DNA of 64,000 nucleotides from Sulfuricaulis sp. (GTDB lineage Bacteria; Pseudomonadota; Gammaproteobacteria; Acidiferrobacterales; Sulfurifustaceae): NCBI RefSeq assembly GCF_041499725.1, contig NZ_JBGQKW010000002.1, positions 37,643 to 101,642 of the forward strand, read 5' to 3'. Shown piece by piece: positions 40,756 to 51,824 of this stretch (position 1 is its first letter; each line of letters starts with the position of its first letter). The notes under the pieces were generated by a model. It saw only the letters and a program-made list of their open reading frames with translations, ran no database searches and was not told where the DNA came from. The position numbers and the translations under genes were made by a program.

Positions 40756-41724
40756 ATGTCATCCATCCAGCAGGCCATCCTGGCCAAAAAGGCCGCACTG
40801 GCCGAAATCGTCAGTGAACCCATGGCGAAGCTCGGCGAACACTGCGTCGAGATCTGGCCTGACGCCAATGCGCTCGACCGTCTCCTGCACGAAGCAATAG
40901 GGACTATTCCCCATTGCCATCTACTCTATGCCTGGGATATCAACGGCATCGAGGTTTCGTCCATGGTGCAAGCGAGCAGCATCGATCCTTCCTGGCGCGG
41001 ACGGAATCTGTCGCAGCGGCCTTATCTGAAAAATCACTTGCCGTTCAAGGGCGTGATGCTCTCGTCCGTGTACATGAGCCAGTACGTTCCAAAACAATGC
41101 ATCACCGCGCTGCAGGCCGTCAGCAAGGACAACCGGCTTCTCGGGTTCATCGCCGCCGATTTCGCGCTCGCCGATCTCATTCAGGACAAGCGCCTGAGCC
41201 CGCCGCCGATGCGCTGGCAGCAGTTCCGCGGCGATCCGGCGGTACGCGGGACGGTATTCATGCAGGAGCGCGCGCCCAGCCTGCTGGACAAGCACATCGA
41301 CCAGGTGCTCGAACTCATTCACCGTCTCATGTCACACCACGGCGTGTTTCACAGCAAAATCCATTTCTCGAGCGGACGTTGCTCGCTGTGGCTGTTCGAC
41401 GATCCCTACAACTACCGCCTGCACAATATCGACGAAATCATCAACCCGGATATCTGTCTTGCCTACCCCGTCTGCCCTTATCCGGCGAACGCCAAGGTCT
41501 CGCCGGAACAGATCCGCCAGGTGCTGGACGAGTTCAAGTCGCTGCGCTTTGCCGATGAAACGATCTACCTGCGCTCCAGTTCCATCAATCTCATGAACGG
41601 TCTGGTGGGGCTCACTTTCTCCTGCGATGGCTCGCATTACATGTCGGCCGGAGAATTTCTGGAAAAAGACCTGTCCTTCTGGCTGGGCACGCTCAACAGC
41701 CAGCCGGTGGAAGCGGACGCCTGA
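40756..41724 (+). CDS. Stand-alone PDC/Cache-like sensor protein without TM or output domain
   Basis: GRNLSQRPY..LSSVYMS..CITALQAV..LGFIAADF Cache pattern; AAGGA RBS. Confidence 0.7.
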   Translation: MSSIQQAILAKKAALAEIVSEPMAKLGEHCVEIWPDANALDRLLHEAIGTIPHCHLLYAWDINGIEVSSMVQASSIDPSWRGRNLSQRPYLKNHLPFKGVMLSSVYMSQYVPKQCITALQAVSKDNRLLGFIAADFALADLIQDKRLSPPPMRWQQFRGDPAVRGTVFMQERAPSLLDKHIDQVLELIHRLMSHHGVFHSKIHFSSGRCSLWLFDDPYNYRLHNIDEIINPDICLAYPVCPYPANAKVSPEQIRQVLDEFKSLRFADETIYLRSSSINLMNGLVGLTFSCDGSHYMSAGEFLEKDLSFWLGTLNSQPVEADA

Positions 41725-41732
41725 CCCGAATT

Positions 41733-42257
41733 TCAGGAAGGTCCGGCGATTTTCCCGGCGCGGAACAGGCCAACCAGCGTTTTGGCGTCCGTAATCTCAT
41801 TGGCCTGCGCCCAGGCGAGCGCCTCCGTGAACGGAATCCAGTGGACTTCGATAATCTCATGCGTCTCCGTATTGGCCGGCACATGCATGAGATTCCGCGC
41901 CAGAAACAGATGCACTATTTCAGTGAATACGCCGGGTGAGCTGACGATTTTCCCCATGGGCTCCCAATGGCCGGCGCGCAGGCCCGCCTCCTCTTCCAGT
42001 TCACGCTGCGCGGTGGCTAAGGGCGACTCGCCCGCATCCAGCTTGCCGGCGGGCAGTTCCCACAACCAGCCGCCGGCCGCGTGCCGGTACTGCCGCAGCA
42101 GGCAGACACGATTCTCGTTGTCGAGCGCCACCACGGCGGCGCCGCCGGGGTGGCGGATGATCTCGAGCTCGGCCACCGCACCGTTTGGAAGCGTGACCCT
42201 CTCCAGGTAAAGGTCGATGATTTTTCCGCGGTAAACAGTCGTTTTATTGTCCGTCAT
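41733..42257 (-). CDS. Nudix hydrolase (ADP-ribose pyrophosphatase-like)
   Basis: ELPAGKLDAGESPLATAQRELEEEAG Nudix box. Confidence 0.92.
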   Translation of the reverse strand: MTDNKTTVYRGKIIDLYLERVTLPNGAVAELEIIRHPGGAAVVALDNENRVCLLRQYRHAAGGWLWELPAGKLDAGESPLATAQRELEEEAGLRAGHWEPMGKIVSSPGVFTEIVHLFLARNLMHVPANTETHEIIEVHWIPFTEALAWAQANEITDAKTLVGLFRAGKIAGPS

Positions 42258-42453
42258 GGTTCATCTCCCCGGAATCGATATAGCCTGTCGTCATGGCATT
42301 CTAGCGTAATCGCGGCGTGGGTTCGCCGCCGGGCAAGCGTTAGGAAACCTGGAAAGTAGCGGGTAAAATAGGAGAAAATTCATATCTTCTTGGAAAGAAT
42401 CATCTGGAATTTTTCACGGAATTTAACATCAAAGCGAGCTACAGAAGAAAGAT

Positions 42454-43227
42454 ATGACATACCGCAGAACTATAGCGCTCTTCCTCACCTCCCTGCTCAC
42501 GGGCGGCCTGCTTACCGGCTGCGCCACCGTGCCCGAAACCGGACGCTCGCAACTACTCCTGGTGAGTCCCGCCGAGGAATCGCAGCTCGGCTTCACGGAG
42601 TTCGAAAAACTCAAAAAGTCGGTGCCGGTCTCCAAGGACCCGGCGGCGAACGCCCAACTGCAGCGCGTGGGTCAGCGCATTGCCGCCGTAGCCCCATTAC
42701 CTAACGCGCGTTGGGAATTCGTTCTCTTTGACAAGCCCGACGTACCGAACGCTTTCTGCCTGCCCGGCGGAAAAGTGGGTGTCTACAGCGGCATCCTGCC
42801 CATCACCAGGGACGACGCCGGGCTCGCCACCGTCATCGGTCACGAAGTGGCGCATGCGGTCGCGCGCCATGGAGCAGAGCGGATGTCACAAGCCGAAGCA
42901 TTTCAGATACTCCAAGAGCTCGCGCTAGGAAGCTCATCACAAACAAGTCGAGCGGCTGTACAGGGAGCCTACGGTGTCTTCTACGCCCTCCCGCATTCGC
43001 GCGGACAGGAATTGGAGGCCGATCACCTCGGCGTACTGTACATGGCGCGCGCCGGATATGAGCCGCGTGAGGCGCTGGCGTTCTGGAAACGTTTCGCTGA
43101 ATACAATAACAAACATGGCGGCGGGAAACAGATCGAGTTCCTGAGCACGCACCCGCTCGACGATCAGCGCATTCGCCAGATCGAAGGCCTGATCCCGCAA
43201 GCCGAGATGGAATTCCGCAAGCCCTAG
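42454..43227 (+). CDS. M48 family metalloprotease lipoprotein
   Basis: LLTGC lipobox, HEVAH, ELEAD, FLSTHP. Confidence 0.92.
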   Translation: MTYRRTIALFLTSLLTGGLLTGCATVPETGRSQLLLVSPAEESQLGFTEFEKLKKSVPVSKDPAANAQLQRVGQRIAAVAPLPNARWEFVLFDKPDVPNAFCLPGGKVGVYSGILPITRDDAGLATVIGHEVAHAVARHGAERMSQAEAFQILQELALGSSSQTSRAAVQGAYGVFYALPHSRGQELEADHLGVLYMARAGYEPREALAFWKRFAEYNNKHGGGKQIEFLSTHPLDDQRIRQIEGLIPQAEMEFRKP

Positions 43228-43415
43228 TCAAGCCTTGTCACCGGTGTTCCGGGTCCTGAATACCCTTACCGTTATTTCCACATTTTTCGTCACGTTGATT
43301 TGCCATACTGACTCCCCATAATTTCTCCAAGGCATTGCCAGACTCCGACCGGCGCGGGTTCGCGTTCTTGTCAAAGCGCCGATTCCCGGTTGGCGGTGGT
43401 AATCAAGGAGGCGCT

Positions 43416-43925
43416 ATGTTCAACCGCAGACTTTATTTCGTGATTCCCGATGAAGCTCAGGCCATGCAGGTGGTAAACGATATCGAGGCCAAGGGAGTAA
43501 ACCATCAACACATGCACGCCATTGCCGGCAAAGGCACCGCACTCACCCGGCTTCCGCCGGCGACCGAGCGCCAGCGCCGGGATGCCGGCTGGCGCCTGGA
43601 ACGCATCGCATGGACTGGCGATCTGACGCTGTTTTTCCTGGGGCTGGTCGGCCTCATCGCCTCGCTGGTATGGGCTTCGCCGGCCGGGTCGCTGCTGTCC
43701 TTCGTTTTGATGGCGCTGACCCTGGTTGCCGGAGCCTTGTTCGCTCTGCGCGTTCCCGATACCCATCTCGACGAATTCCGCGGCGCGCTGTCGCACAGTG
43801 AAATACTGTTGATGGTTGACGTACCGAGGCAGCGTGTTGCTGAAATCGAAGAGCTGGTTCGTCGGCGTCACCCCGAAGCCACTCCAGGCGGTACCGGGTG
43901 GACCATCGAAGCCCTGCACATATAA
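43416..43925 (+). CDS. DUF1269-like two-TM membrane protein
   Basis: AAGGAGG RBS; RRLYFVIPD, hydrophobic hairpin, ILLMVDVP..VAEIEELV. Confidence 0.65.
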   Translation: MFNRRLYFVIPDEAQAMQVVNDIEAKGVNHQHMHAIAGKGTALTRLPPATERQRRDAGWRLERIAWTGDLTLFFLGLVGLIASLVWASPAGSLLSFVLMALTLVAGALFALRVPDTHLDEFRGALSHSEILLMVDVPRQRVAEIEELVRRRHPEATPGGTGWTIEALHI

Positions 43926-44032
43926 GTCAAGCTTATATCTGCACGGAAAGCCGCACAAAAAATAACGTTGAGTCTCTCGCTGTGCAAGCGTATAGCTGTA
44001 AGCAATGCGTTTCGTCTCAGGAGGAGACCATC

Positions 44033-44257
44033 ATGTTAAACATCGTCTGCAAAACCGATCCCATCAGCGGCAAGGATCTTTTCGACGCCGCCGTACGGCC
44101 CTACGTGATGCACAAAAGCGATGAATCCAGCCTCACGATTTATTTCGAGTCGGAAAACAACCGGCGCACTTATCTGGAGGTGCCGGTGGAGCATCCCACC
44201 AGCGAGATCTCCGTGAATCTCGACAATCCTACCGATGACATGATTGCCGAGGGTTAG
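44033..44257 (+). CDS. Small hypothetical protein (YHS/TRASH-like pattern)
   Basis: AGGAGGAG RBS; TDPISG...IYFESENNRRTYL. Confidence 0.6.
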   Translation: MLNIVCKTDPISGKDLFDAAVRPYVMHKSDESSLTIYFESENNRRTYLEVPVEHPTSEISVNLDNPTDDMIAEG

Positions 44258-44323
44258 GCGGGGATATCGCGAACGTTCAGTGAATGTTCGCGTCAGTACA
44301 GTTTGCCATGAAGGCGAGCCGGG

Positions 44324-44803
44324 CTAATGGTTGCCGACCGTCAGATCGCGCGCCAGGATGATCGCATCCTCGCGCCCCTGGCGGGAGGGATAGTAGCTTT
44401 TCCGCGTTCCAACCTCATCGAAACTCAGCTTGGTGTAAAGGTGGTAAGCGGCGACATTGGACACGCGCACCTCGAGCAGCGCGATGCGCGCCTTCTTTTG
44501 CCGGGCAAGGTCGAGCAGGAACAGCACCATTCCCTCACCGAGACCGCGCCGCTGGTGATCCGGATGCACGCAGATGTTGAGGATATGGCATTCACCCACG
44601 GCGACCGACATGATGCCGTGACCGATAATGCCCTGCGGTGATTCATACACATAGCAATGGCAACCCACGCGCAGACAGTCGCGGAATATGGGCAATGTCC
44701 AGGGGAAATCGTAGGCGGCGTTCTCGACCTTGAGCACCGCGGTCAGATCGTGTCCGGTCATGGTCCGCAGAAGCGGCTGCGGCGCGGCGACAACGGCGCT
44801 CAT
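44324..44803 (-). CDS. rimI: Ribosomal-protein-alanine N-acetyltransferase RimI
   Basis: HILNICVHPDHQRRGLG, LEVRVSN, RKSYY..REDA. Confidence 0.93.
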   Translation of the reverse strand: MSAVVAAPQPLLRTMTGHDLTAVLKVENAAYDFPWTLPIFRDCLRVGCHCYVYESPQGIIGHGIMSVAVGECHILNICVHPDHQRRGLGEGMVLFLLDLARQKKARIALLEVRVSNVAAYHLYTKLSFDEVGTRKSYYPSRQGREDAIILARDLTVGNH

Positions 44804-45618
44804 GATTTTCCCCGCTCCGGGTCCGGCATTGCGGCCATCACGGTTTTGGCGAGACACAAATCATCCCAGACCTTGCGCTTGTCGGCCGGGTTGCGCAGCA
44901 GATAGGCCGGGTGGTACGTCACGATCAATGGCGTGCCGTGGTAAGACAGACGCTGCCCTCGAAGTTTGCCGAGTGGGACTTCGGTCTTGAGCAGGCTGTG
45001 GGCGGCGTGGCGGCCGAGCGCCACGATGAGACGCGGCTTGATCAGTTCGATCTGGCGGAGAAGATACGGCTCGCACTGGATCACTTCATCCGGCTGAGGG
45101 TCGCGGTTGCCCGGCGGCCGGCATTTGAGCACATTGGCTATATAAACTTCCTCGCGCTTCAAGCCAATAGCGAACAGTATCGCATTCAGCAACTGGCCGG
45201 CGCGGCCCACGAACGGCTCGCCCTGGCGGTCCTCGTCTCCCCCCGGAGCCTCGCCGATGAACATCCATTGGGCGCGGCGATGACCGACACCGAAAACCGT
45301 CTGGGTGCGCGTGGCGTGAAGCGAACATTTTGTGCAGGCACGTACGGCTGCTTCGAGTTCCGTCCAGTCCCTGGAATCCAATTCGACGTTCGATGGGTGT
45401 TCGAGGCCAACCGGCCCGGCGGGGACGATGGCTGGGGCGATATAACCGGTCGGCGTTCCGGTGACTTCCCTCGGTGAAGCGTCGACCGCTTGGCGCGGCT
45501 CCCAACGGGTGATGCCGAGCGCGTCAAGATATTGCCGGCGCCGCATTTCCATCCTCAGGTCCGTAGACGCGGCATCCCTGCCGCACTTCTCCAACGCATT
45601 GTTCATGACGGTAAGCAT
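44800..45618 (-). CDS. Family-4 uracil-DNA glycosylase (start may be 45552)
   Basis: C..C.L Fe-S motif, [24 protein letters not shown]. Confidence 0.93.
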   Translation of the reverse strand: MLTVMNNALEKCGRDAASTDLRMEMRRRQYLDALGITRWEPRQAVDASPREVTGTPTGYIAPAIVPAGPVGLEHPSNVELDSRDWTELEAAVRACTKCSLHATRTQTVFGVGHRRAQWMFIGEAPGGDEDRQGEPFVGRAGQLLNAILFAIGLKREEVYIANVLKCRPPGNRDPQPDEVIQCEPYLLRQIELIKPRLIVALGRHAAHSLLKTEVPLGKLRGQRLSYHGTPLIVTYHPAYLLRNPADKRKVWDDLCLAKTVMAAMPDPERGKS

Positions 45619-45654
45619 ACGGCAGAGACAGGTAAATACAAGACGACGGCGGTG

Positions 45655-46521
45655 TCAGCGACTGTCTTCGCCATGGATCACCAGTAGCCGTTGCCGGCCG
45701 CGCTCGGCCAGCCACACCGACCCATCGCTGCCGAAAGCCATGCCCTGCGGCGAGCGCAGCCCGGAAAGCACCGTCTCCAGCGCGCCATCCTTGAGCCGCA
45801 ACAGGCGGCCGTCGCGCGTATCCTCGGTGATCCACAGCGAGCCGTCCGGGGCGATTTCCACCTGATCCGGTTCGTCGAGATCATCCACCACGACATTCAC
45901 CTCACCGCTCTTGTAGGACAACACGCGACCGGTGGCGGTCTCGGCGAAAATCACCGCGCCGTCCGGTTTTGCAACCAATCCCTCCGGTCGGTTCAATCCT
46001 CCCAGAATAACTTCCACCGCCTTCGCCCCATTCCGACGCACACGCAACAGTCGGCCATTGATGCTGTCTTCCGACACCACGAGATCGCCGTCGGGAAGCG
46101 TGTCAATGCCTTCAGGATTATGCAGCGTGGCAAGTACGCGTTGTTTTTTCGACTGCAGGTCGAATTCCAGCACGCGCCCTTCGGGGACCTCTTCCGTGAT
46201 GTACAGAAATTTCCCGCGAAGCAAAAGACCATCCGGCCGGCTGAACCCGGTTGCCACAACGGTGACTCCGCCCCGTCGCAGCCTTATTACCTTGCCCGCG
46301 CCGTTCGGAAGTTCCTGCGTGGCGTACAACGATCCGTCGAGGGCCATGACCAGATTGTCGATGCCGGGCAGATTCCGCGTCACCACGCGGTATTTCCAGC
46401 CCGCTTCGGCGACGACCTGATCCGGTGCGGAGGGTTCGCCCGCGGCAGCCGCGACAACCATAACGACAGCGGCCAATCCGCAAAAAAACCGCATGCACAG
46501 GTCACGCTTGCCAGGCATCAA
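45655..46521 (-). CDS. Exported NHL/SMP-30-type beta-propeller protein
   Basis: Signal peptide and repeated L..P.G...PDG blades. Confidence 0.8.
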   Translation of the reverse strand: MMPGKRDLCMRFFCGLAAVVMVVAAAAGEPSAPDQVVAEAGWKYRVVTRNLPGIDNLVMALDGSLYATQELPNGAGKVIRLRRGGVTVVATGFSRPDGLLLRGKFLYITEEVPEGRVLEFDLQSKKQRVLATLHNPEGIDTLPDGDLVVSEDSINGRLLRVRRNGAKAVEVILGGLNRPEGLVAKPDGAVIFAETATGRVLSYKSGEVNVVVDDLDEPDQVEIAPDGSLWITEDTRDGRLLRLKDGALETVLSGLRSPQGMAFGSDGSVWLAERGRQRLLVIHGEDSR

Positions 46522-46547
46522 TCAACCTCCCTGAAAAAAACGGGGCG

Positions 46548-46710
46548 GGCACCCGGCTCCCGAGGCGAAGGGCGACTCCCTTCCGAGGCGAAGCTATTTC
46601 GAAGGGAGTACGCCGGGCTGCCATTCCAGAGCTTGGCTCTTTGAGTCGCCGGCTGCCATCTCCGAAATCCTTCGTCTCGGGAGCTGGCAGCCCCTTCGGA
46701 GACGGGTGCC
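46548..46710 (-). ncRNA. Unidentified highly structured element (candidate cis-regulatory RNA)
   Basis: Six complementary segment pairs of 7-16 bp plus an adjacent U-tract; strand inferred from gene context. Confidence 0.35.
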
Positions 46711-46812
46711 AAGTCGCCGTTTCCAGACGATACAGCATGGGCACATCTGTCAACATTTCCGTGTGATCAACGCTCGCGATGGCCGGCAACTTCCGGATGC
46801 GCCCAACAAATT

Positions 46813-48360
46813 TTATAACGGCCGATCCACCTGCGGATGCGTGCGCTCCGCCGGTACGACCAGCTTGTTCAGTGCGTTCAGATACGCCTTGGCCGATGCG
46901 ATAACGATATCGGTATCCGCGCCGTGACCATTCACGATACGTCCGGCCTTCTCCAACCGCACGGTCACCTCACCCTGGGAATCGGTGCCGCTGGTGATGT
47001 TATTAACCGAGTACAGCAACAGCTGGCCGTGGCTACCGACGATGCTGTCGATCGCCTTGAATGACGCGTCAACCGGTCCGCCACCCGGGGCGCTGGCCTT
47101 GTGCTCCGATCCGTTCACGGCCAGCGTCACGTTGGCGAACGGCGTTTCGCCTGTCTGCGAGCAGACTTTGAGCGACACCAGACGGTAATGCTCGTTTTCC
47201 TGTTCGAGATCGGCCTCGGTCACCAGGGCCTGCAAATCCTCGTCGAAAATTTCGTGCTTCTTGTCGGCGAGGTCCTTGAAGCGTTCGAACGCGGCGTTCA
47301 ATTCCTGTTCGGTCTTGAACTCTATACGCAGTTCCTTAAGACGGCTCTTGAAAGCGTTGCGCCCGGAATGCTTGCCGAGCACCATGCGGTTCGCCGACCA
47401 GCCGACGTCTTCGGCGCGCATGATTTCGTAAGTCTCGCGCTTTTTGATGACGCCGTCCTGGTGGATGCCCGATTCGTGTGCAAACGCATTCGCTCCGACG
47501 ATGGCCTTGTTCGGCTGCACCGCAAAACCCGTGATATTCGAGACCAGGCGCGAAGCCGGCACGATCTGGGTGGTGTCAAGCCGTGTGTCGCACGGGAAGA
47601 GGTCACGACGCGTTCGCACCGCCATGACCACTTCCTCGAGAGAGGCGTTGCCGGCGCGCTCGCCGAGGCCGTTGATGGTGCATTCCACCTGGCGCGCGCC
47701 ATTGAGCACCGCCGAAAGCGAGTTGGCGACGGCGAGCCCCAGGTCGTTGTGGCAATGCACCGAAAATATCGCCTTGTCCGAATTCGGCACCCGCTCGCGC
47801 AGCGTCTTGATGAGCGCGCCGAACTGATGCGGCAGGTTGTAGCCCACCGTGTCGGGAATATTCACCGTACGCGCACCGGCATCGATCACGGCCTCGAGCA
47901 CCCGGCAAAGGAAGTCGGTCTCCGAACGGCCGGCGTCCTCCGGCGAAAACTCGACATCGTCCGTGTACTGGCGCGCGCGCTTGACCATCGATACCGCCCG
48001 CTCCAGAACCTGCTCCGGCGTCATGCGCAGCTTGTGCTGCATATGGATGGGGCTCGTGGCGAGAAAGGTGTGGATACGCCCGCGTTTCGCGGGCTTGATC
48101 GCCTCGGCCGCGCGGTCGATGTCCTTTTCCACGGCGCGCGCCAGGGCGCATACGGTGCTGTCCTTCACTTCCTCGGCCACCGCCTTCACCGCCTCGAAGT
48201 CGCCAAGGCTGGCCACGGGAAATCCGGCCTCGATGATGTCGACGCGCATGCGTTCCAGCACCTTGGCGATGCGCACCTTTTCCTCGCGTGTCATGGACGC
48301 GCCGGGGCTCTGCTCGCCGTCGCGCAACGTCGTGTCAAAAATGATCAATGGATCGTTCAT
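46813..48360 (-). CDS. leuA: 2-isopropylmalate synthase
   Basis: [30 protein letters not shown]. Confidence 0.98.
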   Translation of the reverse strand: MNDPLIIFDTTLRDGEQSPGASMTREEKVRIAKVLERMRVDIIEAGFPVASLGDFEAVKAVAEEVKDSTVCALARAVEKDIDRAAEAIKPAKRGRIHTFLATSPIHMQHKLRMTPEQVLERAVSMVKRARQYTDDVEFSPEDAGRSETDFLCRVLEAVIDAGARTVNIPDTVGYNLPHQFGALIKTLRERVPNSDKAIFSVHCHNDLGLAVANSLSAVLNGARQVECTINGLGERAGNASLEEVVMAVRTRRDLFPCDTRLDTTQIVPASRLVSNITGFAVQPNKAIVGANAFAHESGIHQDGVIKKRETYEIMRAEDVGWSANRMVLGKHSGRNAFKSRLKELRIEFKTEQELNAAFERFKDLADKKHEIFDEDLQALVTEADLEQENEHYRLVSLKVCSQTGETPFANVTLAVNGSEHKASAPGGGPVDASFKAIDSIVGSHGQLLLYSVNNITSGTDSQGEVTVRLEKAGRIVNGHGADTDIVIASAKAYLNALNKLVVPAERTHPQVDRPL

Positions 48361-48418
48361 GGTCTTGTCTCTGCGTAAATATAGCCCTGCTTCGGCCAAA
48401 TGGTTTCCCTCCAACTCC

Positions 48419-48458
48419 CCCTCTCCCGCGATAGCGGGAGAGGGCAAGGGGTGAGGGC
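48419..48458. repeat. REP-type palindrome upstream of leuA
   Basis: CCCTCTCCCGC-GATA-GCGGGAGAGGG-CAAGGGGTGAGGGC; same family as the valS insert. Confidence 0.75.
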
Positions 48459-48568
48459 GTGTCCTGTCATTCATAATCGTGAACATGATTTTTTAAAATC
48501 ATGCGGATTAAAAACAGGTTCTTGGTTGCGTATTATATTCCTCGCCAGGAAGGGGGGTTAGATTGCGC

Positions 48569-48676
48569 CTAGCGGCGCAGCAGCAGTCGTGCGGCAAGAG
48601 AGAAAGGCGTGCAGCTTGATACCGCCGTCTGACGGGGCGATACGACACCGGATGAAATGGCGAATTGTGCCTGCAT
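48569..48676 (-). promoter_or_regulatory. leuA leader peptide (35 aa, ends RLLLRR*)
   Basis: ATG 48676 to TAG 48569; tandem CTG CTG CTG just before the stop, upstream of leuA. Confidence 0.65.
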
Positions 48677-48728
48677 GTTTAAAGCATAAATCAAACCGGA
48701 ATAAAATGAAACCCGGGGGCCGGGGAAT

Positions 48729-49514
48729 CTACATGCCGTGGGGGTGATGTTTCTCGGTAGGATCCTTTCCCTCCCGGCGCAGCCAGCGGAACAGGATGGC
48801 CACTGGCCCGGACAGGGCGTAACCGAAGAAGGTCAGGAACAGTACCTGCGGCGGGTCCTGAAACAGGAGCACGAAAACCAGCGGCACCGCGAGGATGGTC
48901 ATGAACGACACCCGCCCACGCAGGTCCACGTCCTTGAAGCTGCGGTAGCGGATATTACTGACCATCAGCACGCCGGCCATTACGGTGATGATCAGCGCGG
49001 CGATGCTGATATCCCTTCCTGGCACGCCGTTGGTGTACAACACCCAGACGAAGCCGACGACCAAGGCCGCGGCCGCCGGACTGGGCAGGCCGCGAAAATA
49101 GCGCTTGTCGTGCAGTCCGACCTGGGTGTTGAAACGCGCCAGTCGCAAACCGGCGCCAGCGGTGTAGATGAAGGCCGCGAGCCAGCCGAGCTTGCCCATG
49201 CCGGACAGCGCCCATTCGTACATGACGAGCGCGGGGGCGAGCCCGAAAGACACCATATCCACCAGGCTGTCGTATTGTGCGCCGAAATCGCTTTCCGTGT
49301 GAGTGAGACGCGCGATGCGTCCGTCGAGCATGTCCAGGATCATGGCGATGAAAATGGCAAGCGGGGCGTATTCGAAACTCCCGTTCATCGCCTGCACGAT
49401 GGCATAGAACCCGGCGAAAAGATTCGCCGTGGTGAACAGGCTCGGAAGTATGTATATACCCCGGCGGCGGCGTTTCTCCTCGTGCTCGGGTGTATCGTCA
49501 AGATTTTCCATCAT
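48729..49514 (-). CDS. pssA: CDP-diacylglycerol--serine O-phosphatidyltransferase
   Basis: DMLDGRIAR..GAQYDSLVDMVSFG, GLPSPAAA. Confidence 0.95.
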   Translation of the reverse strand: MMENLDDTPEHEEKRRRRGIYILPSLFTTANLFAGFYAIVQAMNGSFEYAPLAIFIAMILDMLDGRIARLTHTESDFGAQYDSLVDMVSFGLAPALVMYEWALSGMGKLGWLAAFIYTAGAGLRLARFNTQVGLHDKRYFRGLPSPAAAALVVGFVWVLYTNGVPGRDISIAALIITVMAGVLMVSNIRYRSFKDVDLRGRVSFMTILAVPLVFVLLFQDPPQVLFLTFFGYALSGPVAILFRWLRREGKDPTEKHHPHGM

Positions 49515-49526
49515 CTCTCCTGCGTC

Positions 49527-50174
49527 TTACGGCGCGAGTCGGGCGATCACGTCGGCGGCGCCCTTCACGCTGTCGCCCAGGGACACTTCGAGCCGGGCCT
49601 CCCGCGGAAGATAAACATCCACGCGCGAACCGAAGCGGATGAAGCCGTAACGCTCACCGCGGGCGATCCGTTCGCCCGGCTGCACATAGCACAGTATACG
49701 CCGTGCAATCAGCCCGGCAACCTGCACGACCACCACGTCCTGCCCCTGATCGGTGCGTATCCACAGGGCGTTTCGCTCATTGTCGAGCGAGGCCTTGTCG
49801 AGCGCGGCGTTGACGAATTTGCCCTGACGGTACCAGCGCTCCATGATTTTTCCCGCCACCGGGCTGCGGTTGGAGTGCACGTTGAACACGTTCATGAAGA
49901 CGCTCACGCGCTTGGACGGGCGCTTGAGGTAAGGGTCCTCGACCTCGCCCAGCGCGATCACTTTCCCGTCCGCGGGGCAGATGATCGCGTCGGGCGCGTC
50001 CGGAACCTGCCGGGAAGGATCGCGGAAGAACTGGAGGATAAAGACGAGAACGATCCAAAAAGGCGCCGCCCATGCGGGCCCGGCGAAATAATGCACGGCC
50101 AGCGCCGCACCCGCGGCAAGCGCGATATGCCACCGGCCCTCGCGGGCCAGGATGGGATAGCTCCCGTCAACCAT
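49527..50174 (-). CDS. psd: Phosphatidylserine decarboxylase proenzyme
   Basis: [26 protein letters not shown] cleavage motif; start approximate. Confidence 0.93.
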   Translation of the reverse strand: MVDGSYPILAREGRWHIALAAGAALAVHYFAGPAWAAPFWIVLVFILQFFRDPSRQVPDAPDAIICPADGKVIALGEVEDPYLKRPSKRVSVFMNVFNVHSNRSPVAGKIMERWYRQGKFVNAALDKASLDNERNALWIRTDQGQDVVVVQVAGLIARRILCYVQPGERIARGERYGFIRFGSRVDVYLPREARLEVSLGDSVKGAADVIARLAP

Positions 50175-50205
50175 AAATAAAGAAAGTACGATTAATTGAT
50201 TTTGA

Positions 50206-50277
50206 ACCGCCAAGACGCCAAGAACGCCAAGTTTTCCAATGGATGCTCAAGTTCTTCTTTCTTGGCGTCTTGGCGGT
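50206..50277. repeat. Perfect 18-bp inverted repeat built of CGCCAAG units
   Basis: ACCGCCAAGACGCCAAGA (50206-50223) and TCTTGGCGTCTTGGCGGT (50260-50277). Confidence 0.75.
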
Positions 50278-50286
50278 AATGAACTT

Positions 50287-51820
<1,534 letters not shown>

Positions 51821-51824
<4 letters not shown>

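Noticed and set aside
48361-48486. N-terminal extension of LeuA in the ORF track
   Set aside because: It is a read-through of the REP ([13 protein letters not shown]); the family N-terminus begins at ATG 48360.
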